Shown piece after piece: positions 37,071 to 51,203 of a stretch of 64,000 nt of DNA (the first letter of the stretch is position 1; each line of letters begins with the position of its first letter). The DNA comes from Carcharhinus longimanus (Eukaryota): assembly GCA_030264375.1 (NCBI GenBank), contig JASCQW010000162.1, positions 41,583,786 to 41,647,785 on the forward strand. Direction: 5' to 3'. Made by a program: the position numbers and the translations under genes. The notes below the pieces were generated by a model that was given only the letters and a program-made list of their open reading frames with translations, ran no database searches and had not been told where the DNA came from.

Positions 37071-38444
37071 TTATAATTGCTGAATATGCTGCTCCAAGAC
37101 AACACTAAGTATTTAACTTCCTTCATATTTCTAGTTAAAGATGGTGTGAGATTGAGCTGATGATAAATGCATTAGGTTTTTCAATGAAATAGAACCAACT
37201 GGCAGATGTATCAATAAAACTTCAAGTTCTCCATTTCCTGTGATCCTTCTGATTAAGTCTGGAAGTGTCAGTCAGCCAGGCATCACCTTTTGACCTTTTC
37301 TCGCATGGCAAAGCAAAATGCCCGTTCTGGCAATTCTTTTTAAATCCAAAATTCACATTGAAATGGCTGCTATATAATTAGGGATACAAATTACAAGGAA
37401 ACTCAGAGCAGTCAATCAATATCACACAACAATTGATGCACGGCAAGCTTATTTATAGAATAATTTACAATAATTATCGGTATGTGTTTCTGTGTAAAAA
37501 GTGCTTCAGTATCTCTCCCCACCTCCCCCACTGCTTTCCTCCCCACAGCCCCCACTGAAACAGCAGCTGAAATACTATTGCTCTGGCAACAATGGGAGAA
37601 AAACCTCTATTAAAGGCTGAGAGGGAATAAGATTGGCTGAAACAGGAGGGTGATGCTGCCTTGCTTTTGCTTTTGGTGGAGATGTTACGTCGTTTCTCAG
37701 AGCTATCTCCAGGACTAAACATGTCAAGCCAGTCATTAACGGAGGTCATAGGATTCATTTCTGGCTGTTAAAGCCTTTTAACTTGCATAAATTCACTGAA
37801 CATTCCTCTGGATGGCTACAATGTGCCATCTGTAATGCATTTAAATGCAAAAATTGCACATAGCAATTTGGATAATGAATTCTTATTCCATTGTGATGGC
37901 TGTGTTCAAGCCAATTCGAACTGAAATCTTTAATCCATAAATTACATGGCACACCAGTCAGTTCGTTATTATCTAATTATATTTTCCCAGGTACAATAAT
38001 TGCTTCAAAAAAAAGCTCCATGGGAATGAATGAATGAATGAGAAATGGAAGATTTTCTTTGATGCTTTCATTGATATGGTTTGGAAAACCAGGCTCTCAT
38101 TTCCTAAGAAAAATAACATTTAAGCTTCTGGTTTAGAAACTGCAGCTCTCACATTTTATAAATTTTGATGTGCAACAATGATGATCGTCTAATATTTTAT
38201 GGTTTTCAGTTCGCTCACTGCATTGGAAGTTCACTTGCAAAATTCCCCAATTATCCAACTGCTTGACAATGCAGATTAAAGAAGTCACCTGAAACTGTGC
38301 CTTGGTTGGGAAGACTTGGGAGGCTCAGTGTTTAGGAGTTTTCTTGGCTAAGAACAGTATCAAATATTCATTAGAGTATAACTGAAATTCATTTTGATTG
38401 CAACAAACTTGGATTAAGGTAACCCAAAAACTTAAAAAATATTC

Positions 38445-39423
38445 AGGTCGGTATTTCAAAATCGAAATTTTTAACCCCTGAATTATTGACGTTCAGGGAG
38501 GACCTTTACTTACCTGACCTGCAAATTGGAATTTGTCCACAGCATGTCACAGATCTCAGTTATCAGTCTCCTGCCCAGATACCAACCTGACTGATAGATT
38601 TGGCCTCTGTTTGGATGGGGATCTGGTCAGTCAATAAAGGCTGCAAGAACAGGCAAATCTGAGCTGGTTAGATGGGAGTTAGGTGTGAGGTTTCAGTAAA
38701 GGTTGAGATCAATTGGGGACAACGAGGTAAGGTGGGGGTTAGGGCAACTGGGCCCACTGACCCTGGTCACCCAAGTTCAGGGAGGTCATAGGCCTTGTGG
38801 TAATGAGGGCTTGGGGATGGGCGCGATCTGAGGTCGGAGGGCTCATGGGGGGAGGGAGTCAGTATCTGTGATGGAGGCGGTGGGAAGGGGAATGTCAGCT
38901 GGCTGGTGATGGCAGGAGTGGTATCATTGCTGGGGGAACGGAAGCCTTGAAGGTTGGGGTTGGAGGCTGATACCACTGGCTCCACAGGCAGACAACTGGA
39001 CCAAGGAGGTAGCTGTAAAGACATTTATCTCCTCAATTGACCAAATCCTTGTTTCAATGAAGCTACCAGGATACCTGATTTTTAGGAAACCAAGCTGCCG
39101 GCAGTCGATTTCAAAGAGGAATGGTTAAAAGGCCGATTAAAATGTACCAATATGTCTGTCAGGAGCATGTTGGTCACCTGTCCACTGATAATCCCTTTTC
39201 AGAAGTTACACTGGTGACTTTGTTGTGCAGCCAGCATATGCAGCAATTTAAAGAAAGGTACTGCTGTTGTCCTGTGGTCCACATTAACAGAGAACACCTC
39301 CCAGCCTGATTTGAAGTTAGAAACAGATGGGTTAGGGGCTGGTTTGGATTCGGAAACCAATTCCTCAGGCTTTTAATCCCCCCAGCACAAACATAACCCT
39401 TCTTCTTCAGTCAAAATTATCTC
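38445..39423. mobile_element. Probable Harbinger-like non-autonomous element with G-rich body
   Basis: G-rich central tract as in other such elements here; right end CAAAATTATCTC; termini degenerate. Confidence 0.4.
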
Positions 39424-40004
39424 TTTACTTTCTTTCTCCTGCAATTTTTTCTGCACCATACCACATTTGAAAGATTATCACAGGTGCAGTTGCTTTCCAA
39501 TGTAACATCCCTGCCTGTAATGACTTCAATGTGGCCATTGAGGATGGCCTCTTAGAATATGAACTCCCTGATTGGACTCTTTCCGTGCCTTGTAACACTC
39601 AATGAACTTAAATAGTGCTTGTAAATAAAAGGGAATCTGGTGAAGGAATACTAGCCTCTGCTGACTTATTTCACTACCCATATCCAATTTTACTTCCTTC
39701 TGCTTTGTTCAGTCAGTTCCTTCAATGATATGCCTGGTCATATGGGGAATCATGTCTCCAAACCTGCTTCAGGTCATTCCATGGCTTGTGAGATCTTATG
39801 ACTAGCAATGGACCACCACTTTAGCCCCTAAATAACAACAATATTGCATGTTAGATACAATTTTGAGGCATTTCAGATACTAATTTATAAATGTAAAAGA
39901 AAATCAAGCATAATATGCTTAACTGATGGCAGTATGAAGGAGAAACACCGCTCCACAGAACAACATAAATCCAAATTGTTGATAATGTTGATCCTGATGA
40001 TTTT

Positions 40005-40298
40005 TATTTTTTTTTAACTAGTGTCACAAGTAGGCTTACATTAACACTGCAATGAAGTTACTGTGAAAGTCCCCTAGTCGCCACACTTCGGCGCCTCTTT
40101 GGGTACACTGAGGGAGAATTTAGCATAACCAATAAACCTAATCAGTACATCTTTTGGACTGTGGAAGCAAACCACAGCATCCTACGGAAACCCACACAGG
40201 CACATGGAGAGTGTGCTGACTCTGCACAGACAATGACCCAAGCTGGGAATCGGAACCGGGCCCCTGACGCTGCGAGGTAGCAGTGCCAGGCACTGTGA
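40005..40298 (-). mobile_element. HE1-type SINE, alternative-tail subfamily
   Basis: TAGTGTCACAAGTAGGCTTACATTAACACTGCAATGAAG...GCAGTGC. Confidence 0.85.
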
Positions 40299-41687
40299 TT
40301 TCACGTATTATATTGATGCAAAGCAGCTTTGTACTGAAGCATATTACTCAGCTTGAAGTTCAGAGCTCACATTGTTTTACAATGGTATAATCATTTCTCT
40401 CACTATTAATAACAGTTCAATGACTTCCTATTAACCACAAGAATTGCTGATTGTTGCCATAATGTTGAGTACTTGAACGATTCAAACCCTTTGTCAGAAA
40501 CATCAAAGCTTTTCCAAACAATTTTGTGTATGCTAAGAAATTGTTCCAAAAAACAATAGCAACTTGAATTTTTACAACCTTTGGCAATGAATCCATTTTA
40601 ATAAGATACAAATTAAATAAAAGTCATAAGCACATAATATTTGGGCTGTACAGATACAGCTGCAGGCAATCGAAGGGTGGAAAACAAGGTTGCAACTGGT
40701 AAGTTGCAGAAATTTCGATTTCTCAATCTAAAAAATTAGTTTTTTTACTCACAGATGTATTATTACGAATGACCCGACTCTCGGGCAGTCCCATTTCTTC
40801 CAGTATATTTGGAGCAACATTCAACCTGTCAGTCAAAATGAAGCATTTCTTTCTACACAGCATTTCCTGCGTCAACAAATTTGATGTCACAACCAGATTA
40901 AACTACTTACTCCTCCATTATTTATTATTGTCTTGTGATTCAGTCACAGGTACTGAACATGCTTTATTATTTGACACCCACACTAACGTCAGCTCTAGTC
41001 TGGGCTCACAGCTGTTTTGAATTCAAATATAGCAATAAAGTGGTGCAAATGAACTAACTGAGGTGTGAATCCACAGAAAAGGAATGTTTGCCACCAAATA
41101 AAATGTATTTCAAAGAAGCTAGAAACAGCGTTGCTGATAGAAATTAGGCCGATTCAGTTAACTTAAAGTGGACATTTTATAATGGCACATTGTAACGAGT
41201 ATGGACAAACATCCACAGTGAACGCTCTCACACCTGTGTAGTCTTCCAGCAGTACTGGAAGTTGGAACATGTTTCACAGTATAGTGGCCTCAAAGCAGCC
41301 TTCACTAATGTGCAGGTCACATGTCTGTTCTTTAGTGGGAATGAAACCTCTGGTCCTCTGTGGGTAGGAATAGTAATTGAACGACCTAGAGCTCAAATTT
41401 AGGATGATTCAATCCCCACACACTGTTCAGCTTTGGTTGCTGCAGAACAAGAGGGGTTAGAGGGCTGTGGGTGCAAGCTCTGCGATGGTGCTTGGTGGAA
41501 TCCACCCTCACAGTTCCAAGATGTACAAGACTACCAGAGCAAGAGTGACAACTTGTCCATGTTCTATGTTTCGGTGACCAATTTACATGAAGCTTTCTGT
41601 GCCCGATTGGTGAACACTGATTGCTAAATTGATATTAATTTCTAAATCCATATGGCCATGTGTTAGGCAAGTAATGTTTGTTTGCTT

Positions 41688-41822
41688 GCTCTGATGAAGG
41701 GCCATCCAGACTCAAGGTGTTGGCTCTATTCTCTCTCTGCAGGTGCTTTCAGACCTGCTGGACTTTTCAGCATTTTCTGTTTTTGTTTTGGATTCCATCA
41801 TCTGCTATATTTTGCCTTTGTT
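41688..41822 (+). mobile_element. Penelope-like terminus with decayed hammerhead core
   Basis: GCT-CTGATGA-AGGGCCATCCAGACTC-AAGG-TGTTGGCT (GAAA box lost), followed by CAGACCTGCTG..CAGCATTTTCTG. Confidence 0.75.
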
Positions 41823-44029
41823 TGTGCTGCCTTTCTTCAAGGGGGCTACTTGAGTTTGAGTGCAGGTGAAGGCTGGTGCACTAATAAAAGTAAAATTCTG
41901 GGGATAACTTAGATCTTGTGCAAAAGTATAAAGGAGCAAGTGGGTGGCACATTGTCTCACACTGTACGAGACAAAATGTTAGAGATTTAAGACAACACAA
42001 TTTGTTTTAGTCAGATAATTGTATGGTTGCTGAATGCATTATTGGAGTTGGTGATTGAAACAGAGACGATGATTCAGGTCTTCCTGTCTATGTAGGGGAT
42101 ATTTGCATCTATGTTATGAGCATTGACCTTGCCCACGAGAATTTCTGTGACCTGTCCTTTTACAATTTTTCAGCCGGTGCATCCGACAGCATCGATAAAT
42201 TGGTGCATCCTTTCAAGGGGAAACCAATGAGCGCAAGAAAAGATACACAAAGCAAAGACATACCCACTTGCTGTGATATTAGCTGCTGCCTTCCTGTCAC
42301 AAGCTCTTAAAGGTCTCAAATCTTTGAGTAAGTGGGTGGTTAGGTAAGTGAGTGAGTGGAAGAGTAAGTGGGATGAGTGAAAATTGATGTTTGGGTAAAT
42401 GGGTGAGTGGATAATCGTTTGGGGGGATAGTTGAGNNNNNNNNNNNNNNNNNNNNNNNNNNNNNNNNNNNNNNNNNNNNNNNNNNNNNNNNNNNNNNNNN
42501 NNNNNNNNNNNNNNNNNNNNNNNNNNNNNNNNNNNNNNNNNNNNNNNNNNNNNNNNNNNNNNNNNNNNNNNNNNNNNNNCCAGGTCTCCAACACTGAACT
42601 CAGAGTGGGAGGCATTCAAGGAAGGGCCAGGGCCGCGGAAATCAACCAATGAAGTTTCAATTTCCCAGGAAATTTCAAAGCCTGAGTGTACATCAGGACC
42701 TCCGCTGGATCCTGACGTGCATCTCCCAGCTTCCATCCAATCTCAGACAATCCAGGTACAGGAAGATATGGGCCAATGTCAGCCTTATGAACATGCCAAG
42801 TAGGACATTGTAAGGAAAAAGGTAAGAGCGATAGATGTGGGAACAGTGTGGACACATTGGATTGCATCTACTGTTGGTAACGGAAACAAACACCAACATA
42901 GTTTGGTTAGCTCAAATGGCTAGCTTCCATGTTATCACTTCAAAGTAACTCTAAATACATTTAGATTGTCTGGAAGAGGAAAGGACTCATTGTAGTTGAG
43001 CCCAGATAAAACTCTTTGACTTGACTGAAACAATATGGCCCTGACACTCTCTGAAACATCATTTAATTCAAACTTCAATTAGTGTCCACATTTTACTCGA
43101 TGATCTATTATTTCATATTTCAAGGCTTCAAATTGCCTGTGCTCTACAATTGATTATTCTTTTAGGATGTGTGTGAATCAAATTCCATTTACTAAAATAC
43201 ACAAGGCTAATCAGAATGACAATTCACATCTCATTGCCCTTTCTACAAAGGGCACACATTCTAGACAGCATCATCTTTTATTCCTTGGAGGTCAGTCACC
43301 ATGGCTTTGCTTGCATGCTGATATCTGCTTGATATTGATAAAGAACAATGGAACAAGGATGAGTCATCTGTCATTTAGTGTGGCTACTATAGCTACTGGC
43401 AATCAGCAGATTGCATGTCATCCAGTCTGCTGTGCAACTAAATCAAAATAACAAACAGTTGGCAATGACCAAACCTGTTATTATTGCTTCTGTAAAGCAA
43501 ATATATAATTTTGCTTACTTAAGCAATCCCTAATTACTTTTCTTCAATAAAAATTACATGCACAATATTAAATTCTGGTTTGTATGCCAAGCATTTAATA
43601 CGGAAGAAAGGTTAGCTGCGATTTGCAGTTATGAACCATAGTCCTGGTATACTTTGTCGTACCAATAACGTCAATATGGTTTAAAGCAGCGAGCTGTGTC
43701 TTGTTGTATGGGCCATAGGGGACAACCAAGTGGCGTTAATATATTCTGCTCTCTCTTAACCTCCATATCTTCCTCTTCCTTTAATTACAGCCTGTTTAGC
43801 TGAGATTGAAAACCAGGAGGAAGCAAGGCACTATTTGAGAGAAAGGAATATCCATAACTGGATTTAAATTCCTCTATGAAAGCTATTGAATTAGTTTTAA
43901 TTGGAGGGCTCTCAGTATCACAATGAATGCTTAGATAAGCTCCCAAAGCATTCTTATTCTCCCTTAATTTCCGAAGAGGGAAAGAGAGAGAAATGCCTAC
44001 CAATCGCCTTTCCATTCTTAACATTTTTA

Positions 44030-44510
44030 AAAATTCATTTTACCAAATATGGGTATTACTGGCTAGACCAGCATGTAATGCGGATCCCTAATTGCCCTTA
44101 AGAAGGTGACGGTGAGCTTCCTGAACTCTGAGGTGTACATACACTCACAGTGCTGTTAGGAGAATTCCAGCTTTTTGACCCAGCGACAAGGAAAGAATGG
44201 TGATATATTTCCAAGTCAGGATGGTGAATGATTTGGAGGGGAAACCACAGGTGGTGGTATTCCCAAGCATCTCTTGCTCTCGTCCTTCTAGATGTTAGTG
44301 GTCATGGATTTGCAAGGTGCTGCCAAAGGAATCTTGGTGAGTCCCTGCAGTGCATCTTGTAAATGGCACATACTACTGCCACTGTGTGTTAGTGATGGAG
44401 GGAATAATATTGAAGATAGTGCATGGGGTAGCAACTAAGCAGGCTGCTTTGTCCTGGATGGTATCAAGCTTCTTGAGAGTTGTTGGTGCCGCACTCATCC
44501 AGGCAACATG
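44030..44510 (-). mobile_element. CR1-group LINE 3' end (family donating the GGGCAATAAATGCTGG tail)
   Basis: Reverse complement of 61365-61978 (TTCCAAGTCAGGATGGTG, TGCAGTGCATCTTGTA). Confidence 0.8.
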
Positions 44511-45164
44511 AATGTCCGGTTTTAAGTTGCTAGATCTATTTTAAGATTCTCAAAGCTGAAGGGGGAAGAGCTGAAGCCTGCCATTGCAGGAGGAGAGCAG
44601 GAGTGGCCTTCTATCTTAATTATTTAGAATTTTTAAAGAATGGCTACAATTGCCGGGGAGAGGGACCCACTCCACAGGGTGTGTGATGAGATGAGTGGAG
44701 AGGGCTTCAAAGACTACCTGGCCTGCTACCCAAGGATATGTCAGACAGCTGACCAACCCCCAATTCAATGGGGTAATTTTACAGGTCTCTGAATGCACTT
44801 TTACTTGTCTTAATTAGTTACTTACAGCTTACAGGCTAATAAAACCTTCAGCACTGATTTCTCTTTGGCCAGGAAAATTACTCCAGGGCAGGATGATGTG
44901 GCATACCAGCATGTGACTGATGGCCAATGGCACTAATTTCCACACCTGGCCAACTTTGTATTTGCTTCCCCCTCATGGGGGCATGAATTTTGTCCAAGAT
45001 TTCACAAAACTCTAGTGTGAAATTCAGGAGAGTTAGCAGGCTAATTTAGATTCCTCCCTTGCTTATTTGATGATTATACTTTGTGTTGTCTATGGTCCTC
45101 AAGTAATATTTACTGTAACTGGATGATAACTGGTTATTACTTGACTATTAATGGATTTTGCTTC

Positions 45165-47530
45165 ACTGCAGTAGTTGGAAAACCGTGTCTAATTACATAG
45201 AGTTCTTTGAATAGATAACAGACAACGGTAACACAGTTGATGTGGTGTATATGGACTTCTAAAAGGCATTTGATAAAGTGCCACATAGTAAGTTTCTCAG
45301 CACAGTTGAAGCTAATAGAATAAACAGGATTGTAGTAGAATGGGTTAGAAGTTGGCTGAGTGACAGGAAACAAAAAGTGGTGGTGAATGATTGCTTTTTA
45401 GACTGGAGGAATTATAGTCTTTTTCTGCAGCAGTCAGTGCTAGGAGCCCTGACTTTTCTTGATATATATTAACAAGTTATATTTCATTTGCAGTGTATAA
45501 TTTCAAAATTTGCTGCTGACACAGAAGTGGAAGTATTGTGAACTGTGAGGAGGATAGTAATAGACTTTATGAGGACAGAGGCTGATAGATCAGGTGGACA
45601 CATGGCAGATGAAATTTATTGCAGAGAAGTGCAAAATGATGCATTTTGTTTTTTTAGAAAGAAAGAGAGGCAAGATAAATTAAAGGGTGGAATTATAAAG
45701 GTGGTGCAGAAATAGATAGACCTGGGATCTGTGGGCAAAATCATGAAGCTAGCACTGCAGGTTGATAAAGTGATTAAAAAGCATACTGGATCCTGGGCTT
45801 TTTTAAAAATGTATTTCATGAGATGTATGCATTGCTGACAAGGTCAACATTTGTTGCTAATTCCTAAATGCCCATGAGAAGGTGGTGGCAAGAGGCTTCT
45901 TGAATCACTACAGTCTATGTGGTGCAGGTCCATCCACAATGCTCTTAGGAAGGATTTTTGACTCAGTGATAGTGAATGATGTCATTCCAAGTCAGGATGG
46001 TATGTAGTTTGGAGGGGAACTTGCAAGTGATGGTAATGTCATGCTTCTGCTGACCTTGTCCTTAGGATACTAGAGGTTGCAAGTTTGAAAAGCGTTGCTG
46101 AAAGTGATTTGGCAAATTGCTGCAATGCATCTTGTATATGGTACACACTGCTGCATCAGTGGTGGGGAAATGAATGTTTAAAATGGTTGATTAGGTGTCG
46201 GTCAATTGGCTTGTTTGTCCTTGATGATGTCAAACTTCTTGAGTGGAGTTGGAGTTGCATTCATCAGAGTATTCCATGGCACTCTGACTTGTACCTTGTA
46301 GAAAGTGATCAGGCTTTGCAGAGTCAGGAGGTGAGATACTTGCCACAGAATTCCCAGCACCTGGCCTGCTTATGTAGCACAGGGCGATATGGCTGGTCCA
46401 GTTCAGTTTCTGGTTAGGCTGTTGATAACGATGCTAGTGAATGACAATGGCCTGGGCGGATGGTTAGATTCCCATTTGTTAGAGATGGTCATTGCCTAGT
46501 ACTGTGTGATGCAAATGCCACTTGCCATTTAGTCTGAAAGTTGTCCAGGTCTTGCTGTATGTGGACACAGGCTGAATCAGGATCTGAGGAGTACTGAACA
46601 TTGTGCAATCATCAGCAAACATCCCCACTTCTGGCGTCATGACTGAGAGAAGGTCATTAATGAAACAGCCAAAGATGATTTGAGTCTATGTTACTCTGAA
46701 CAACACTTGCAGTACTGCTCTAGAGTTGAGGTGACACACTTCCAACGATTACAACCATTTTCCTTTCTGCTAGATATGATTCCAACCAGTGGAGAACTTT
46801 CTCCCCTAAATCCAGTTGACTCCAGTTTTGCTTGGGCTCCTTACTGCCATATTTGGTCAAATGGTGCCTTGATGCCAAGGGCATTCACTCACACCTCACT
46901 GCCTGAATTCAGCTCTTTGGTCCATGTTTGAATCAAGGCTATAAATGAGTCAAGTGCTGAGTTGTCCTGGTGGAAGCCAAACTGAGAATCAGTGTGAAGG
47001 TTATTGCTGTGTAAGTGCCTTTTGATAACACTGTCGACAACAATTTCCATTGCTTTTAGAAATTATAAAGACTAATTAGGAAGGATATGAAAATTTTCAA
47101 GAGGGTACAAACAAGATTTATAAGAATGCTCCAAGGGAACCATTCAGTTATAAGGATGGGTTGAAGACATTGGGGTTGTTTTATAGAGAAGGTTGAAAAG
47201 AGGTTTGAGATGCTTAAAAATCACAAAGAGTTTGGACAGAAAAGATAGAGAGAAACTATTCCCTCTGTCACAACAGTCAAGAACCAGAGGACATAGGTTG
47301 AAGGTGACTAACAAAAGAACCAAAGGTCACATCAGAAAACTTCTGTTTTATTCAGTGGTTAGAATCTGGAATTCACTACCTGAGGGGCTGGTAGATTTAA
47401 TTGTGGCTTTCACAAGTAATTGGATAAGAAAAGGGCCATGGGAAAGGGTGGGGTAATGGGTCCAACTGAATTACTCTTGTAGAGAGCCAAGACTGAATGC
47501 TCTCCTGTGTTGTAATCATTCTCTGATTCA
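45165..47530 (+). mobile_element. CR1 LINE (RT region to 3' end) split by an antisense LINE at ~45800-47055
   Basis: VDVVYMDF*KAFDKVPH...WLSDRKQKVVVN; SKFAADT (FADD-like); resumes at ~47056 with QSRTRGHRLK and the CR1 tail. Confidence 0.85.
45800..47055 (-). mobile_element. CR1-group LINE, 5'-truncated, nested
   Basis: Same family as 44030-44510 and 59965-60555; reverse of CAATCATCAGCAAACATCCCC gives GMFADDC. Confidence 0.8.
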
Positions 47531-47564
47531 ATAAACAGAGGCAGACAATCACCTGATGGCACAC

Positions 47565-47765
47565 AATTAGCCGTTGTCACAAGGGACCATAGGCATGTCT
47601 TCATCAGAGAGAGAGGGAATTGTTCATATAGTTTGAGGGGCTCCATGTCAAATATGGGGCAAGGTAAGGAGGCAAAAACAACCACAGTCAGTACAGGGAT
47701 TGAACTAGTGCTGTTGGTATCATCCTGCATCACACTCACCACATAGCCGATTGAGCTAACCGATT
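47565..47765 (-). mobile_element. tRNA-derived SINE (separate family)
   Basis: Reverse strand GGTTAGCTCAATCGG (A-box) ... AGTTCAATCCC (B-box) followed by a non-tRNA body. Confidence 0.65.
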
Positions 47766-48109
47766 GCGACGGCCATTGCGATGGATGATAAGGAAATGCT
47801 GGTGAGTATAATTAAACTGTAAGTGGGGGCGGGGACAGGATATCATACGAGAGAAGTACCTTTCTAGCATTTCCAATAAATAATTTGTACACACAGCTGC
47901 AGCCTTCTCATCCAGTGGATAACTCCAGTTATGTACAAGAGCTAAGGGAGTTTTTCCAATGTATTTTTTTAAAATTGCAGTGACACTATTGTTGTAGCTG
48001 ACATTTAACAATAGAAAAGTCAGGAGGCATGTCAACAGTCCCATCATCCCACCCCTGATTGTTTTATTCTAAAAACATTACTATTAGTGACAGAGACAAT
48101 TTCAATAAC

Positions 48110-48520
48110 CCACCACAAAAGTATCAGCCCATGTGAGAGACTACACCACACAAACCAGACTAGCACTTCAGTCCAGAATTTAGCATACTGCACAGTTGGA
48201 AGTGCCGTATTTTGGATGAGGTGTGAAAACTAGGACACTTTCTCTGCCTCATGCAGACCTAAAATAGGCAGTAGCACTACTTTGAGGAAGAGCAGGGCAA
48301 TTCTCCCAGTGTCTTGACCAACGTTATTCCAACCACTGTCACTAAAACTGTTCATTTATTTAATTTCCTTTTCTAAGACTTGCCTGCATGCATAATAGCT
48401 GCTTTGTTTTGGAGGTTACAAATGTGGCTATATTTGACATAGTATTTTGTTGGCTGTTAATTGCGTTGGGACATCCTTAAGATTGTGAAAGGTGCTATAT
48501 AAATGCAAGTTCTTTGTTTC
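48110..48520 (+). mobile_element. SacSINE1-like Deu-domain SINE with L2-type tail
   Basis: GGAAGTGCCGTATTTTGGATGAG...GAAGAGCAGGG...TTGGGACATCC..TGTGAAAGGTGCTATATAAATGCAAGTTCTT. Confidence 0.75.
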
Positions 48521-48704
48521 TTATATTATCACATACAAGACAATGGAATATTACACAATGTGCTTTCTACATGAAGAATATCAGGGTTTTTATTATTGAA
48601 CTGCTCAAATAAATATTGTCAGAGAAGCAGATCTCTATAGATGTTGTCTTAAAATTTATCATTTTTTAACTTTGATATTGCTGGATACATAAAGATGACT
48701 CATA

Positions 48705-48956
48705 TAGACGTGGGTTGATGGGTTTTTGATAAGAGAGGGGATTAAGGGTTATGGGGAGAGGGCGGGAATGTGGAACTGAGCCNNNNNNNNNNNNNNNNNN
48801 NNNNNNNNNNNNNNNNNNNNNNNNNNNNNNNNNNNNNNNNNNNNNNNNNNNNNNNNNNNNNNNNNNNNNNNNNNNNNNNNNNATTGAATGGCGGGGCAGG
48901 CTCGAAGGGCTAGATGGCCAACTCCTGCTCCTATTTCTTATGTTCTTATGTTCTTA
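48705..48956 (+). mobile_element. CR1 3' end spanning a 100-N gap
   Basis: ATTGAATGGCGGGGCAGGCTCGAAGGGC...CTCCTATTTCTTATGTTCTTATGTTCTT. Confidence 0.8.
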
Positions 48957-49933
48957 TATACGAATCAAACTGCCCTGGCATTGTGTTTAGGGACTTGAGA
49001 CCAAGTACAGTCCTCCACGCAGACTGAGTCAAAAGGAATCAAATAATGGGGCAAGTCTTTGCAGAAATAATTCAGTCAACATTTTCATGTAATGTATTCT
49101 GTCCTTATTTTTGTCTGATTTTTACATTATGTACAAATAAATGGCAACACTGATAGTACTTTGGAAAGCAGGGAAGTTGAGTTGACTAGAATATAGGAGT
49201 TTCTCTGTGGTATCAAGTGAGGAGTCAGGAAGTGCAAGGTAGGAAAGGGGATTTGATGTGCAGATGGATTGCAGAATTGCAACAATTATAGCTATATAAA
49301 TATACAAATGAAAATGTTCAAAAACTACTGGAAATATATAGGTTAGTCTGCATCTGTAAAGGGAAAGGCAGATTAATGCTAAGGGTGTAAGCATCGGAAC
49401 TGAAAACTGAGCAGTAAACAAATCCACACGGAGAAGATGGAAAAAGGGTGAGAAGAGAAAGTTGCAAGAGAGACAAATGGAAGAAGTTAGTCGATTTAAC
49501 GTGAAAATTGTATAATGGAGAAGCAGGTACATATTAAATGCCACAAAGATTATCCGAGAGAAGTAAAGAAAATATATTTGCCCCAGTTGAGCATCTTGCA
49601 GTGCCTGCCACTAGTTCAGATTTTTAATTTTTTTCCACCCAATAAGTTTCTGATAATAGTGCAGTAGGGAAACAGTGCACTTGTGCCCTTGGACAACGGG
49701 ACAAAAGTATATCTTCTTAACTAATGAGACTTAAAGATTGAGAAATAAACTAAGAGGGGCCTTAGAAAGGGTATGAATTACAACTGGTGAATGCAATATC
49801 AAATCAAGTCCAGAAGAAGCTGCTCCTCCAAATGTCACATTTGATTAAGTATGTTGTCCAAAACTTAGCACTTTGATGGTAGCTGTGAAGTTAGGCCTCG
49901 TGTGGAAACCCCTCTTCCTGAATGCAGACGGCC

Positions 49934-49949
49934 TAGCGCCACCTGCTTA
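49934..49949 (-). promoter_or_regulatory. Candidate CTCF site
   Basis: Minus strand TAAGCAGGTGGCGCTA versus consensus-type CCAGCAGGTGGCGCTA (14/16) in apparently unique sequence. Confidence 0.35.
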
Positions 49950-51203
49950 CAGATCAAACCAATTTGGGAAAAGGGCCATTAGGATCCTTAATTGCACATG
50001 GAAAGAAACACGAGCCAGTGTTAGGTGCAGATCCTGAAGGCCTTTCTTGATGCCTAAAACAATTTGGCTGATGGCACACAGGTCAAACTGACATTAAATT
50101 TTTGGGCCAGAATTTCAATTTCTATTTTTACTATTTTCAAGTATAAATAGATCAATATATAAATGTAATTTTTTTTCTCCTTCTCTCTGGAATGCCAAGT
50201 CCATATGCTATACTCATGCTGAGGGGGCAAAAAGGATAACTGCTAGGCCTTTGCTATTGTTCAAGGGAAGCCAGTTATTAAATTGTGACCTTAGGTAACT
50301 AAGGCCTTAGTTTAGCTGTTCCTCCCCTCCCTCATTGCGTGGAAGTTGGTGGCATCTGCTGGGTTTTGACCCAACAACACTGCTGACAGTCAAGTATAAC
50401 TGAATTATCAGGAGATCCGTCTATTAACCTGTTTTCCCCAGAATACTTCGTGGTGTGGAAGGATATAACAGCTAATGGCAACATATCTTCTCAATTTCTA
50501 TTTTGTTTAAAAATACTGGGTGCAAAATTCATCTGCCCCAAATTTTAGGTGCAAGGACCATGATTAATCATATGCCCCATGTCCACAAAAAAGGCAATGG
50601 AAAACATGTAAAATTTGTCTATCATCTCATTACTTTGCTATTAGGAGCGATTCCTGCATAACCCCGGTCTCNNNNNNNNNNNNNNNNNNNNNNNNNNNNN
50701 NNNNNNNNNNNNNNNNNNNNNNNNNNNNNNNNNNNNNNNNNNNNNNNNNNNNNNNNNNNNNNNNNNNNNNNTGCATAACCCCGGTCTCCACTGTTCCTCC
50801 GGCCTTCTCTGCACACTGCACGGAATCAAGAGGCCTCATGAGCAGGCCTCGTGTGCTCCAGGCAACTCCCCTTTCTTTTAAACAAAGTGCTGTCCCCTTA
50901 AAGTTAGAGCTGCAGCATCGCACTGCCGTCTGCTGGACAATGGTATTTTGACACTGAGGGGAAAGGCAGATGGTGTGGCAGGGAAAGGAAAGGGCTCCCC
51001 ACTTCAGTGACCATTGTCCAGAGCAATGGAGATCAGGAAGGAGGCCATGTTTCCACAGGGTGGGGGCAGGAGCTATCAGGATTGAGCTTCTGCAGATAAT
51101 GGGAGCACATGGCTAATGCCCAAAGCATGACTCCCAGAACATGGCAACAGTTTCAGAAAAAATTGGCAAGGTGTATACAAAACTGGCTTGGTCAAAAAAT
51201 AAT

